From Candidatus Sulfomarinibacteraceae bacterium (GTDB lineage: Bacteria > Acidobacteriota > Thermoanaerobaculia > Thermoanaerobaculales > Sulfomarinibacteraceae): DNA of 64,000 nt. Position 1 is the stretch's first letter. Every line of letters starts with the position of its first letter. The position numbers were made by a program, and so were the translations under genes. The stretch is taken from positions 64,001 through 128,000 of the forward strand of contig CAWCLO010000008.1 of assembly GCA_963796455.1 (NCBI GenBank), in the 5' to 3' direction. The notes below the pieces were generated by a model, which saw nothing but the letters and a program-made list of their open reading frames with translations, made no database searches and had not been told where the DNA came from. Of this stretch, positions 21,648-32,923 are shown one piece after another.

Positions 21648-23174
21648 TCACCGTCGAGGCCCATCAGGGAAGTATCTGCCGCGGAAAAAACACTGTTCCA
21701 TCGGCAGCCACTCGGGAACCTGGTAAAAGCGATCCCTGATCGGTGCCAGCACCCGGTCGCGGAAGGCATCGAAATCGAGGCGATCACCGAGGAGGAGATA
21801 AAAGATCTGACCCTCGACCTCGATGGTCTCGACCCGCATCTGATCGAAGAGCCCTTCGTACCGCTCCATCTCGGGCGGTTCCCGATGGAAAATCATCACA
21901 TCGCGGCCGGCCCAGTCGCGCCAGTCGGTGATCACATCGTCCTGCCGGCCGTGGATGGTTCCGCGCGCGAAGTGGGAGAAGAATCCGGGGTTGTAAAAGG
22001 AGAGCAGGCAAGCCAACCCATAACCTTCGGCGCCCAGCATTCGATCTTCGGTGAAAGGCGCCATGGCGGCCGCCAGTTCACGATGGTGTTTCGACATGAC
22101 GATCGAAGCGTAGTTCGAGGAGCCCTGGAGAACTCGGATCGGGATCAGCAAGACGACCACGATCAGAATGACGTGAACCATCGAAAAACGAATGGTGAAC
22201 CGGATGGCCCGGGACATCTCGTGGCGGTGGATGACCGCCCAGCTGATCAGAAAGCTCAGGGCGCAGAAGGAGAGCAGCCAGTGGAGCCCGATCTTTTTTG
22301 CCACACTGAGGAGGGCAAAAACCGACATGGGCACGAGATAGAGAACGGCGAAGACTGCGGCATCGTGTTCCTGCAACCGGAGAAGAAACTCTTTTCGCGC
22401 CCGCCACCACAGGATCACACCGGCGGGCAGGAGAAGATAGAGAACGGTGGCCAGGAAAACAAGCGGCGTGACGATATTGGGGCCGTCGCCGGCATTGCGG
22501 TAGAAAAGATTGGAGTTGATCTGCAACCAGGAGTGGTGGTAATTCCAGTAGATATCGAGCAATCCGGCCGGGAGGACCGCAAGATAGAGCAGGCCAATGC
22601 CCAGCACTCGGCGGGTGTTCTTGGGAGCGACGATGAAATGCACCAGATAAGCAAAACCGAGCAGGACCGCAAAGTACTTGGAGAGGAAAGCAAAACTCAG
22701 AAGCAGCCCCGCCGCCGCGTACCACCCGAGGCGACCGCTTCGGTAGGCACGGTAGTAGGCGAACATCGACCAGAAGCTGAAGAAGATCAGGGGCGTGTCC
22801 GTGGTGATGATGACGTAGAGCAGGTTGAGCGGCGACAGGAGGTAGAGGATGGCGGTCAAGGCCGCCCGCTCACGATCACGATCTTCGAGCAGCCGGAAGA
22901 TCCCCCACCCGATGATCACGGTGGCAAAGACCGCGGGCAAACGGACCAGGAACCTGGTCTTGCCGATGGCGAGGATCGGCCACAAGATCCAGCCGATCAT
23001 CGGCGGGTGTTCTGAATAGCCGAGGGCGGGGAACTCACCCCACATGGTGAAGTAGGCCTCGTCCTGAGTCAGCGGCAGCACCGCGGCCAGCACGAGCTTG
23101 AACAGCAGGCTCAGACCGAGCACCCACCAGAAGGCACGGATCGGGTCCCGCCGGATGGTTTCGACGACCTTCAT
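21648..23174 (-). CDS. GT-C fold glycosyltransferase (PMT_2/ArnT-like)
   Basis: TQDEAYF..HPPMIGW, TTDTPL, LSKY, many TM helices. Confidence 0.85.
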   Translation of the reverse strand: MKVVETIRRDPIRAFWWVLGLSLLFKLVLAAVLPLTQDEAYFTMWGEFPALGYSEHPPMIGWILWPILAIGKTRFLVRLPAVFATVIIGWGIFRLLEDRDRERAALTAILYLLSPLNLLYVIITTDTPLIFFSFWSMFAYYRAYRSGRLGWYAAAGLLLSFAFLSKYFAVLLGFAYLVHFIVAPKNTRRVLGIGLLYLAVLPAGLLDIYWNYHHSWLQINSNLFYRNAGDGPNIVTPLVFLATVLYLLLPAGVILWWRARKEFLLRLQEHDAAVFAVLYLVPMSVFALLSVAKKIGLHWLLSFCALSFLISWAVIHRHEMSRAIRFTIRFSMVHVILIVVVLLIPIRVLQGSSNYASIVMSKHHRELAAAMAPFTEDRMLGAEGYGLACLLSFYNPGFFSHFARGTIHGRQDDVITDWRDWAGRDVMIFHREPPEMERYEGLFDQMRVETIEVEGQIFYLLLGDRLDFDAFRDRVLAPIRDRFYQVPEWLPMEQCFFRGRYFPDGPRR

Positions 23175-24523
23175 CAGTCGACAGGCCTCGGCATGGAGGG
23201 GAGACGGAAGTCGGCCGCGGTCCTTTTTATCGACGATTTTTGTCCGTGATCGGAGAGAATCTCATGGGCCGCTTCGAGGCCGGAGTACAGGGCGGTGCCG
23301 GTGGTGACGGTCGAAGGGAAGGTGCGGTAGTTTCCGGCGAAGTAGACATTGTTCCAGCCGGTGCTGCGGATCGGTGGGTTCTGGTAGTCCGGAACCAGCA
23401 CCGGGGAGTACATCGGGATCTTAGTCATATTGGTCCAGAACGGTTCCACTCGGAAGCCGAAGACCTCTTCGAAGTCGTTGTAATAACCCTGCCAAAGCTT
23501 TTCGTCGCTCTGTTTGAAGAAGTCGTCGTGACGGCTCGGCACGTGGGTCATGAAGTTGAGGCACGAATCTCCCGGCTGACCGATGGACGGATTGAGCGAG
23601 CTCAGATGAAAGAAACCGGAAGCGCTCTGCTGCAAGGACATCATATTCAGCCAGTAGAAATCGGGAGCGATCTTCTGCTTGGTCGCACAGATGGCCGAAA
23701 CGATCGCCGTATAGCGGATCTTGTCGAGATAGGGGGTGGCGTCTCCGTCCACCATCCGGCAGTAGACCTCGGTCGGCACGGTGCTGATGAAAATGTCGGC
23801 GGCCAATCGCTCGCCGTCTGAAAGCTCGAGCTCCTCGATGCGGCCGTTTTTTCCGCGCAAGGCCCGGCCCGAGGTTTCGAGCCGCACAGCGACACCTGCG
23901 TCCTCCACCATATTGGTGAGTCCGTCGCACAGAACCTTGGTCCAGTTGTGATCCGGCATGTAGCCGAGGGGCGAGGACCCTTCGCGGAAGTGGAGTCTGG
24001 CGCCCAACCAGGCGGCGCTCACCTCGGCGCACGGACGGCCGAACTTGAGCCGGCTCAGGCGCTCGAAGAGCGCCTCTCTGACGCCCGCCCCGGCCCAGCT
24101 GTCGATCAACTCCTGCGCGTTGCGGCCGTTCCAATCGCTCCAGTCCGATTTGCGGAAGCAGCGCATCATGAGACCGACAAAGCGAATCTTGTCGGTCAAG
24201 CTCATCGGATACGCGGCAAAGTCCGCCGGGCGGGTGAGATCAAAAAGCCGGTCGTCGAGATGAAAGAGCATCCGGATCTTACGCCACCGGACATCGGAAA
24301 GTGCGCCGATCTGATCGAGGAAATAATGCAGCGGACGATCGCGGTGGAGGATGTGGTGGTAGCCCAGGGGGTAGAAGTGATCTGCCCGTTCGAAGGAACC
24401 TGCGAGACCACCGAGCTCGGGGCCGCGCTCGACGATGGTGACCTTTTTCCACCCCGATCGCGCCAGCGAAGCCGCCGCCGCAACCCCGGCGAGCCCGCCT
24501 CCAAGAACCACCGCCGACGGCAT
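23174..24523 (-). CDS. FAD-dependent oxidoreductase (amine oxidase / protoporphyrinogen oxidase superfamily)
   Basis: VVLGGGLAG..ER..GGLAGS..GYHH dinucleotide-binding start. TGATG couplings to the neighbouring genes on both sides. Confidence 0.85.
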   Translation of the reverse strand: MPSAVVLGGGLAGVAAAASLARSGWKKVTIVERGPELGGLAGSFERADHFYPLGYHHILHRDRPLHYFLDQIGALSDVRWRKIRMLFHLDDRLFDLTRPADFAAYPMSLTDKIRFVGLMMRCFRKSDWSDWNGRNAQELIDSWAGAGVREALFERLSRLKFGRPCAEVSAAWLGARLHFREGSSPLGYMPDHNWTKVLCDGLTNMVEDAGVAVRLETSGRALRGKNGRIEELELSDGERLAADIFISTVPTEVYCRMVDGDATPYLDKIRYTAIVSAICATKQKIAPDFYWLNMMSLQQSASGFFHLSSLNPSIGQPGDSCLNFMTHVPSRHDDFFKQSDEKLWQGYYNDFEEVFGFRVEPFWTNMTKIPMYSPVLVPDYQNPPIRSTGWNNVYFAGNYRTFPSTVTTGTALYSGLEAAHEILSDHGQKSSIKRTAADFRLPSMPRPVD

Positions 24524-25593
24524 CAGCCGGCCTCGACTCCACGGTTTTCCAGATCGGGGCCGTTCCAACCCTGGTTCCATTGGGGTCCGTAGACCGGGTG
24601 CGATCGGGCGATCCGCCAGGCCGCCTTGGCCTCGAGAGCGGTCCAGATCCGGTAGTAGTTCTTGGCCCCGAAAAGACAGACATCAAAGATCGGGGTGTTG
24701 AAGAACAGTCGTTTGAAAACCGATTTTCGGAGCAGATTCTCGACCCGCGAGACGGCGTTGTGCTTGGGCCGGAGGAAGGGCATCGAATCGACCGCCGGGT
24801 CCACTCCCCGGATCTCGATCTTCTCCGGATCGCAGGTGCCGATACCGCGTTCCGAGCAGGTGGTGAGGTGTTTCACCTCTGAGGGATCGATCTGCATCAG
24901 CATCGCCTGAACGGTGTCCAGCGCGACAGGATCTCTCGAGCACAGGATGAGGTCGGCGACTTTCGGGCGGCCGCTCTTTGGTCCGTTGCCTTCGAGACCG
25001 ATGGTGCCGTCCATTACGGCGAGGGCCGGTCGCATGACACTGTTGAGGTCGGCCAGGGCGTCATCGAGCACCAGGTGGTATTCGTGGCGCATCTTGGAAA
25101 GACATCCCCATTGGTTTTTGAGCGCACCCGTGATGACCGTTTTGGCGTGGGTTTTCATCGCCGGGACCGTCACGAGGTAACTTTCCCGCAGCACTTCGGG
25201 CACATCGATCCGCGTCAGGACCTTGTTGTCGGGACAATCCACCGCCACCGTCGGCGCCCGGCTCATATTGACCCACGGGACACCGGTTCGCCGGCAGACA
25301 TCAGCCATACCGCAGTCGGTGAACGCCTTCTCCACGTCCTCGAGCACCTGGTCGGACTCGACCATCACGATCTCGCCGCAATGATCGCGCATCTCGTGGA
25401 TCAGCAACTCGGCCATCAGTGGTGAAGTGATCGAACCCGGGATGAAAAGATCCCAACCGAGGTTGACCTTGAGCGCCACCTTGGCGCCGGCGGGTATGGC
25501 CTCCTTCCAGTCAGCTCTCTCGAGGGCGCGCCGGATGGCCGATCGCACGTCGGATCCGACCTTTTCTACTGCGACAACAGCCTGTTTTTCCAA
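24523..25593 (-). CDS. DUF362 domain protein
   Basis: KVALKVNL, VPAMKTH..TGALKN, DGTIGLEGNGP..G, DPVALD, GIG. TTG start with a GAGGAG RBS. Confidence 0.85.
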   Translation of the reverse strand: MEKQAVVAVEKVGSDVRSAIRRALERADWKEAIPAGAKVALKVNLGWDLFIPGSITSPLMAELLIHEMRDHCGEIVMVESDQVLEDVEKAFTDCGMADVCRRTGVPWVNMSRAPTVAVDCPDNKVLTRIDVPEVLRESYLVTVPAMKTHAKTVITGALKNQWGCLSKMRHEYHLVLDDALADLNSVMRPALAVMDGTIGLEGNGPKSGRPKVADLILCSRDPVALDTVQAMLMQIDPSEVKHLTTCSERGIGTCDPEKIEIRGVDPAVDSMPFLRPKHNAVSRVENLLRKSVFKRLFFNTPIFDVCLFGAKNYYRIWTALEAKAAWRIARSHPVYGPQWNQGWNGPDLENRGVEAG

Positions 25594-25803
25594 ATCATCT
25601 CCTCGCTCGGTTGGGTTCGACGAAAACCTTTTGATCGGGTTCTTCGGCGCGATCATGCCGTGAAGTCGGGATGCAGGTCAAGGAAAACACCGCAGGATCA
25701 GAGGATAGTCCGGCAGCGGCGGGGAGGCAACGGCGCGAATCTGCGGGACGTGAGACACTGCTGGAAATCGGGGGTAAGGGATGAAAAGCACGGGGGTTCA
25801 AAG

Positions 25804-27470
25804 ATGAAGAGATGGCAACTGGCGTGGATCGCGGTGGTTGTTGTCGGTCTTTTCATCAATCTCGGAGGATATGGACTGATCGAGCCCGACGAGGGCCGCA
25901 ACGCCGAGGTCGCCCGAGAGATGGCCGCGACCAACGACTACGTTCTGCCCCATCTCAACGGTCTGCCCTACCTCGACAAGCCGATTGTTTTTTTTGCAGC
26001 GGCGGCGGCCTCGATCGAGGTCTTCGGCGCCAACGAATGGGCGGTGCGGCTGGTGCCGTTTTTCTTTGCGCTGGCGACGGCCTTTCTGGTCGGCTTTTTT
26101 GCCCTCCGGGTATTTGGTCCCGATGAGGCGTTTGTAGCCTTTGTGGCAACCGCCACAGCTCCATTGGCTCTGGCGCTGTCACGGATCGTCATCATGGATT
26201 CCACCCTGAGCTTTTTTGTGGTGCTCAGTCTTGTCTCCTTCTACCCAGCAATCGAAGGCCGTCGTCGGGCACTCCGGGAGAGGCTTCCGGCTCGCACCTG
26301 GATCGGCTGGACGCTTCTGGCATGGGCGGCGATGGCGGTCGGCGTGCTGACCAAGGGACCGGTGGCGCTGGCCGTGCCGTTGTTGGCGGCCGCTCCATAT
26401 GCCGTCTGGCGCCGCGCTTCGCTGGCCGTGTGGCAGCCTCTGGGAGCGGTCCTCCTGGCGCTGATCGTGGCGCCGTGGGTCTGGGCCGTCTCCCTCGAGA
26501 TTCCGAATTTCCTGGAATACGTGGTCCTCACCGAGACGGTTGCCCGAATGACCACCGATGAGCTCCGGAGATCGAATCCCTTCTGGTACTTCGTGCCGGT
26601 CCTCTTGGCGGGGACGTTCCCGTGGTCGCTGCTCGCGATCTCGAGTTTGCGGCGGAAGTCTGAGTCGCGGAAGAGCGACGCCGATCACCGGCGAGTGTAC
26701 CTCTGGCTGTGGTTGCTGGTGCCCTTTGTTCTCTTCTCCATCTCGAGCGGCAAACAGGCGCAGTACGTGCTGCCGTTGGTGCCGGCGGTGGCGCTGCTGG
26801 CGGCTACCGGGAATTTGCCACGCACCATGGGGGCCCGAACGGCTGCCGTCGGGTGGGGGGCGCTCGGTCTGGTTTTCGTCATTGCCGCTGGTCTGGGCCT
26901 GCCCGGGGTCGATGCCGGGCCCGGTGAAATGGCAGTCGCCTCCCGAACTGCGCTCGCGATCGGATTCATCGCGATCCTCGCGGGAGCCTTTGCCTGGTTC
27001 TTCAGCCCTCGCCGGGCGGCCGCGGTGGCGGCCCTGAGTGTGCCTCTTGTGCTTTTTCCGTTGGTCACGGCCCCTGCGATGGATCTGGTGGCGGGACAGC
27101 GTTCGGTCGAAGCCCTGGCCGACTCGATCGCAGGATCCTCGAGCAGGGCACCGAGGTCGTTGCGGTTGAGGCCTTTGCCGGAGGGCTCGCCTTCTACCTC
27201 GAACGGGAGATTCCGCTTCTGAGCGCCGACGGCGACGAACTGCGGAGCAACTACGTGGTGCGCAACGCCGAGCGCTGGCTCGGACCGGATGGGACGCTTC
27301 GGCCGGTGGAGAGCGCGATCTCAACCCTCGCTGATTGTGATCGACCCCGGGTCGTCGTGTTCAAGAAAACCAATACCGATTTCTTGACGACCGTCGAGGA
27401 GACCGGTCACCCTCTACTCGGCGAGAGCCGCAAACTGCTCGCATTCGGCCCGGCCTGCGGGCCGGAATGA
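25804..27470 (+). CDS. ArnT-family glycosyltransferase, frameshifted near 27132
   Basis: EPDEGRNAEVAREM..YLDKP, LTKGPVA, PFWYFVP, SGKQAQYVLP. After the shift it reads ILEQGTEVVAV..FYLER and joins ORF 27255..27470. Confidence 0.85.
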
Positions 27471-27556
27471 GAAGACGATAGGACTCCCTGTTCCGAGAAT
27501 CTTGAGATGATGTGTTCGGATTCCTGATCTCAAACTCCCCCAAGGGGGCGCCGTGG

Positions 27557-28969
27557 TTACGGATTCCCTCCTGCAGTGGAACTCCAGCGCCACAGGCTGC
27601 CCGGTCCGGCAGGGTTGAACCACTCGAAGTCGTCGCAGATATAACGCAGTGCTCGATGTCGCGACTGATGACGAATGGATGGTTGGTATTGGCGGGGTGC
27701 GGGACGCCGTCCCAGGTCAGGCTCCGCCAGTCGACGGCCAGCCGTCCGTACCATCCGTGGGCTCCGGGAAACTGTTGGTTGTTGTCGTTGTCCCAGGTGT
27801 TGTACTGAACCTGCGGGTCATCGATCCCGTCGCCGTCGTGATCAAACGCGTTCGGTCCGGTCACGACCCGCGCTTCGATACTCACACCCAGGTCGTCACC
27901 GCTCGCCACATCGCTGCCCCAGACCACGAGGAAACCCACGGGCCCGAGGTCGGCGATGCGCGGATGGGACTGGGTATCATCCGTCACCGTGTTGATCCGA
28001 AAATCGGGTCCGAGAGGCACGAGGTCGGCATCGAAGAGCCGGCCCCGGACCTCAGTGCCGGTTCCGGCGTCGTCTCCGCTATCTGCCCACACCACGAGCA
28101 CGTTCCCGTTCCAGCCGATTGCCGCGTCGACTTCGGACACCTGGGCCGTTAACAACGTACTGATCTGAAAGTCGTTGGCGAGCGCTGCGCCGCCGGCATT
28201 GAAACGGCGGCCCCACACGTCGCCATAGTCCTGCCACGTCGCCAGGAATCCGCCGTCCTGAAGCTCGGTCACCGAAGGGTAGCTCTGGCTGGTGCCGGTG
28301 TTCGAGTTGACCTGGAACTGGGCGCCGGGGATGCCTGCGGCATTCACCAGACAGCCCTCGATGCTCCAATTGGTATCGCTGCCCGATGCCTGGTTGCTTT
28401 TCCACACCACCGCGAAACCACCGCCGCTGCCGTCAGGAGTTCGCAGCGCGGCCACATCGGCAAATGCGTTCGATGCTTCAAGTGTCGAGAGCGTGCTCAG
28501 GAGTTGCTCGGCGCCCACCGGATTGCCATCGGCGCCGAACGCCTGACTCCGGATCCTGATCCGATTGACCCCGGGGGGGACCTGCTCCCAACTTTGGTAG
28601 ATCACCAGGAAGGAGCCATCGGCCGACACCGCGACTCTGGCGAGTTGTTGTTGGGCTGCGGTTGTCGTATTGACCATCGCCGGATCTCCGAGGGGATTGC
28701 CTTCTGAATCCCACCGCCGCATGAACACCTCGGTGCTCACGAGCCCTGTACCGGCTGCGGACCAGACATGGATGCGCCGACCCATGTTGTCGACCGCCAC
28801 GTCGGGGTACACCGGACTGCCAGGCCAAACAGCATCGGGTCCGTCGATCCAGAGCTCGGGCCCAACGATATCGGGGAACGCGAGTTGAGCCTCTCCCTCC
28901 CGCAGGCCGAAAGCCCAGGTCAGACTCAATGGCCACGAATAGAACGCAGAGCACGAATGATCTCTTCAT
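27557..28969 (-). CDS. Secreted repeat protein ('FQVNT..Q..P..G.F.VVW' repeats), frameshifted near 28930 and 27640
   Basis: Signal peptide MKRSFVLCVLFVA joins LSLTWAFG. About 6 repeats. The C-terminus after the shift is ..CDDFEWFNPAGPGSLWRWSSTAGGNP. Confidence 0.75.
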
Positions 28970-29315
28970 CTCGACTCTTCCCTTCTGTCGTCCCTCCCTG
29001 GACCTTGCCAGAAGAGGTTTCGGGACTTAGTGAATTGTGATAGTAGAAAGTGTTTGTGCGATCACTATAACACCATCGAGACAAATCTCATGTTGATGTT
29101 CCTCAGAAGTGCCTCTGTAAGACGTCAAGGGTGATTATCTCGTCGTCGAGGCGAAGAGTTTGTCAAAGGTTCCCGGCGCTGCTTTGCAGAACTGCGAACT
29201 TCATGGTTCCTCATTTGCGACGAGATCGAGAGCTTTGGCATAAGAACTCTCTGCTCCCGGTCCCTGACCCCTCGACCTCCGCCCCACTTCGGGCTGTTCC
29301 TCCTATAATCCCTCC

Positions 29316-30212
29316 ATGCCAAACGTCGCTGCTTTTGCCGGTGTCGCCCGTGCTCCATTCCTGCTGTTGCCGCCGACCCTTGTGGCATCGGGTGCCGCTG
29401 CCGCGGCCTGGGACGGGAGCTTTTCGTGGGCTCGGACCCTGCTTGCCCTGGTCGGTCTGGTGACGCTGCACATGGCGGTCAACATCCTCAACGAGTGGAG
29501 CGACCTCCGGACCGGAATCGATTTCAACACGGAGCGAACACCCTTTTCCGGTGGCAGCGGCACGCTGCCCGCGGGTGGGATGAGCAGTCGTGCGGCCTTG
29601 ATCTTCGGTCTTCTCTGTTCGGCCATCGGGCTCGCAATCGGAATCTGGTTCCTCGCCCAGGTGGGTTGGGTCCTGTTGCCGATCATTCTGGCGGGTGCGG
29701 TCTCGGTGCTTGCCTACACCGATCTTCTGGCCCGGATCGGCGTTGGTGAGGTGGCCGCCGGTTTCGGTCTCGGTGCCGGTCCCGTGATCGGCACCGCCCT
29801 GGTGCAAAATGGTAGCTGGAGCACCGCCGCGGCCTGGGCCGCGGTTCCGGCATTCTTGATGACCTTCAATCTTCTCCTGCTCAACGAGTTTCCGGACGAA
29901 ACCGCGGATCGCGAGGGTGGGCGGCGAAATCTCGTCATTCTGCTCGGTCGTCGAAATGCTTCGAGGGTCTACGCGCTGGCAGCTCTGTTGACCCCGACCT
30001 CCATCGTCGCTGCGGTGGTCCTTGGCGCCTTTCCCATCTTCTGCCTTATTGCAGCGCTGCCTTCGCTTTTGTTGTTGCAACCGCTGAAATGGGTCTTCGA
30101 TGACGCCGCGCAGCCGGTCCCGATCCCTGCGCTGGGGTCAAATGTTGCGTGGAATCTGGCGACCAATACGGCGCTCGCAGCAAGCCTGCTGGCGGCCGTT
30201 CTGATGCTCTAG
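29316..30212 (+). CDS. menA: UbiA-family prenyltransferase (MenA-like)
   Basis: RAPFL, NILNEWSDLRTGID..FSGGSG, LLNEFPDETADREGGRRNL. Confidence 0.8.
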   Translation: MPNVAAFAGVARAPFLLLPPTLVASGAAAAAWDGSFSWARTLLALVGLVTLHMAVNILNEWSDLRTGIDFNTERTPFSGGSGTLPAGGMSSRAALIFGLLCSAIGLAIGIWFLAQVGWVLLPIILAGAVSVLAYTDLLARIGVGEVAAGFGLGAGPVIGTALVQNGSWSTAAAWAAVPAFLMTFNLLLLNEFPDETADREGGRRNLVILLGRRNASRVYALAALLTPTSIVAAVVLGAFPIFCLIAALPSLLLLQPLKWVFDDAAQPVPIPALGSNVAWNLATNTALAASLLAAVLML

Positions 30213-30220
30213 GACCGGCG

Positions 30221-30547
30221 TTCATTTTCGTGGTTGCCCCGCCTCCGCGCCCGGATTGCAGCGACAGCGACGGCGTCCAGCGTCAGCGACAGGCAACAGC
30301 GAACAGGGACAGCGGTCAGTATTCAGCGACGGAGAGCAGCGGCAGCTGTCCGGAGTTCATGCGGCGAAGTGGCCTCCTCCGGGTCGTTCAACAAAAGGGG
30401 TAGCCGTTGTGGTGCAGGCGTCTCGCCTGAACACCGTGCGGCCGAGACGGCCGCACCACCAAAGGCGGGGTCCCGAAGAAGTGGAGTACTGTCCCCCGTC
30501 GCTGTCCCTGAACGCTTTCCGAGACTCTTTCTTGGACCAGAATGGTC
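30221..30547 (-). repeat. Dispersed intergenic element, copy C, containing a REP doublet (30409-30459)
   Basis: Shares a ~110-bp core with copy D in inverted orientation. REP doublet: GTGG-TGCAGGCG-TCT-CGCCTG..TGCGGCCG-AGA-CGGCCGCA-CCAC. Confidence 0.8.
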
Positions 30548-30573
30548 CCGAGTCGATTTTTCGGATCGATGCC

Positions 30574-32850
30574 TCAGAACAGAAGCCGATATATCAACGA
30601 TACGTCCCTGCCCGGCAGCGGCGCCTGGAATTTCAGAAACGATACGTGGTTGTAGGCTGCCTCGTCATTCAGGTTGCGGCCGCGCAGAATGAGTTCGTGC
30701 ACGGTTGCTCCGGCAAAGATTTTGTAACCGAAGGCGGCGTTGAGCATGAAATAGCCCGGGGTCTGCGTTTCGTAATCGGCAACCTTCGTCTGTTCGTCCA
30801 CCCACCATCCTTCGATTCGGGCGTCCCACCGTTGGTCGAGGTAGATCAGCGCCAGGCGTCCACGTCGCGGCGGAATCCGCGGCAGATATTCACCCGTGTC
30901 TTTGAAGTCGGCTTCGACCTGGTCGTAGGAAAAACCGAGGTGAAGGTGTCGGTCGGCGCCGTGTAGGATCTCGAAATGGCCGTGGACTTCGAAGCCCTTG
31001 AACTGGGCATCCTCTTGAGAAAACTGCAGGATTTCGAGACCATCGACCACCTCGCCGGTCTGGTCGAGATAGATGAAGTCGCGGAAGGTGGTGGCGAAGG
31101 CCGAAAGGGTTGCCTCGAAACGGTCATAGGTCGCCCGCAGTGAGAACTCGAGACCGGTGCCGACTTCCGGATCGAGGGTGGGATCGCCGATTTCGTAGGC
31201 GAAGGTGGCGAGGTGGGGGCCGTCGGAATAGAGCTCTTCGGGCGTCGGCGCCCGTTCGGGCCGGTTGACGGTGGCGCCGAGACTCCAGACCTGAGAAATA
31301 TCCCACACCATACCGACCGAGGCCGTCCAGGTTTGAAAATCGCGATCGGGCAGGAGTGGATCGGCCGACCGGGTGTCCTGGTTGTCCCAACGCAGACCGA
31401 ACTGGAAGCCCACCGGATCGACATCGGTCTCCTGGAAGATATAGGCGCCCAGCTTGTCGGTGTCGGTGGGCTGGACAAAGGCCTCATCGCCGAATGCGGC
31501 GAATTCGCGGTTTGCATATTGCAGACCGAGAGTGCCCTCGAAACCGAGAAACGTTTGGTTGACGAAATCCAGACGGGCCTCGGTCCACTCGTTTTGAAAA
31601 ACCGTTCCGATCTGCTCACCCTCGATCTCCGAATGTTGGTAGTCGCGCCATCCGGCCTTGAATCGAAGCTCCGTAAAACCAGCAAAGGGATTGTCGAGGC
31701 GGCTGTGCAGGTCAACGCGCTTTTGCTCGAGTTCAGAGTGAACCCCCGTTTCCCCGTCGTCGTGGTCCGAGGCTTTTTCTTCGTGGTGGTGATGTCCGGG
31801 GATTCCAAAATCGGTGTCGTAGCCGCCGACTGCGATGCCGATGTAACCCCTTTCAGCGACGTAGGAGACACCGACGGTCGAACCCTGAGCCCTGGTCCAA
31901 GAATTCTCGACTGTGCCGGTCTCGAGTTCTTCCTCGTGCCCGTCATGCTGTTCTTCTTCGTTCTGGCTTTCGAGGCGGGGCGCCGGACTCGAGTAGTCGT
32001 CCTGATCGCGAGCATAGAGATCGAGATGAAAGGCCCAGTTTCCGAAGCCGCCATCGAGCTTCGCGGCGCCGGCCGTCTTGTCGGAATTGGATCCGTATTC
32101 GAGCTGGATCGCGCCGGTAATCGGAGCGGTGACGGGGCGATCCGGGACACGACCGTCGAGCACGTTGACGACGCCACCAATAGCATTGGCACCCCACAAA
32201 ACCGTCGCGGGCCCTCGTACCACCTCCACCTGTTCGGCGGCGAGTGGATCGGTGGCCACCGCATGGTCGGGTCCAACGGAGGCAACGTCACCGGTGTCGA
32301 GGCCGTTCTCGAGGATGCGGATGCGGTCCTCGCCGAGACCGCGGATCACGGGCCGGCTCGATCCCTGACCATAGGTTGTGGCGGTAACACCTGGTTGCTG
32401 GGCCAGGGTCTCACCGAGGGTCGATTGTTTGCGCAATTCGAGTTCCATACCGGTCAACACATCGACCGGGTTGACCACTTCATCGAGACCGCGCGCGACG
32501 CCTGAGGCGGTTACCGAAATGCGCCCGGCGTGAACCATCTGATCGAGAATGATCTCGTGGACCTCGATCGATCCCGCGATGACCTTGAATCGTCGCACGG
32601 CGCCGCCGAATCGTTGTGAAGCGACGTGGACCAGATATTCTCCCGGAACCATATCCTTGAATAGAAAGCGGCCGTCATCGTCGCTGACGGTATCCCGCCG
32701 GATTTCGGGCAGGCTCACCGTGGCGCCGGCCACCGGATCGCCGCCGGCCGAAAGTACCGTGCCGGCGAACTGTGTCCTCTCGTCGGCGGTTGCAAGCAAT
32801 GGTGCGACCATCAATATGGCCGCCCAAACGAGGCTTTTGAAATTGTTCAC
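30574..32850 (-). CDS. TonB-dependent receptor, His-rich (ZnuD-like metal uptake)
   Basis: Signal peptide, carboxypeptidase-regulatory-like domain, plug SSRPVIRGL..EVVRGPATVLWG, loops EEEQHDGHEEE and GHHHHEEK, C-terminal F. Confidence 0.9.
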   Translation of the reverse strand: MNNFKSLVWAAILMVAPLLATADERTQFAGTVLSAGGDPVAGATVSLPEIRRDTVSDDDGRFLFKDMVPGEYLVHVASQRFGGAVRRFKVIAGSIEVHEIILDQMVHAGRISVTASGVARGLDEVVNPVDVLTGMELELRKQSTLGETLAQQPGVTATTYGQGSSRPVIRGLGEDRIRILENGLDTGDVASVGPDHAVATDPLAAEQVEVVRGPATVLWGANAIGGVVNVLDGRVPDRPVTAPITGAIQLEYGSNSDKTAGAAKLDGGFGNWAFHLDLYARDQDDYSSPAPRLESQNEEEQHDGHEEELETGTVENSWTRAQGSTVGVSYVAERGYIGIAVGGYDTDFGIPGHHHHEEKASDHDDGETGVHSELEQKRVDLHSRLDNPFAGFTELRFKAGWRDYQHSEIEGEQIGTVFQNEWTEARLDFVNQTFLGFEGTLGLQYANREFAAFGDEAFVQPTDTDKLGAYIFQETDVDPVGFQFGLRWDNQDTRSADPLLPDRDFQTWTASVGMVWDISQVWSLGATVNRPERAPTPEELYSDGPHLATFAYEIGDPTLDPEVGTGLEFSLRATYDRFEATLSAFATTFRDFIYLDQTGEVVDGLEILQFSQEDAQFKGFEVHGHFEILHGADRHLHLGFSYDQVEADFKDTGEYLPRIPPRRGRLALIYLDQRWDARIEGWWVDEQTKVADYETQTPGYFMLNAAFGYKIFAGATVHELILRGRNLNDEAAYNHVSFLKFQAPLPGRDVSLIYRLLF

Positions 32851-32923
32851 GATCTCCTCCGCGATAGGCGCTCACCGTCCGATATGAACGGCGGTCCGAC
32901 AGTGGTCTGGGTGCTTCCTGCTG

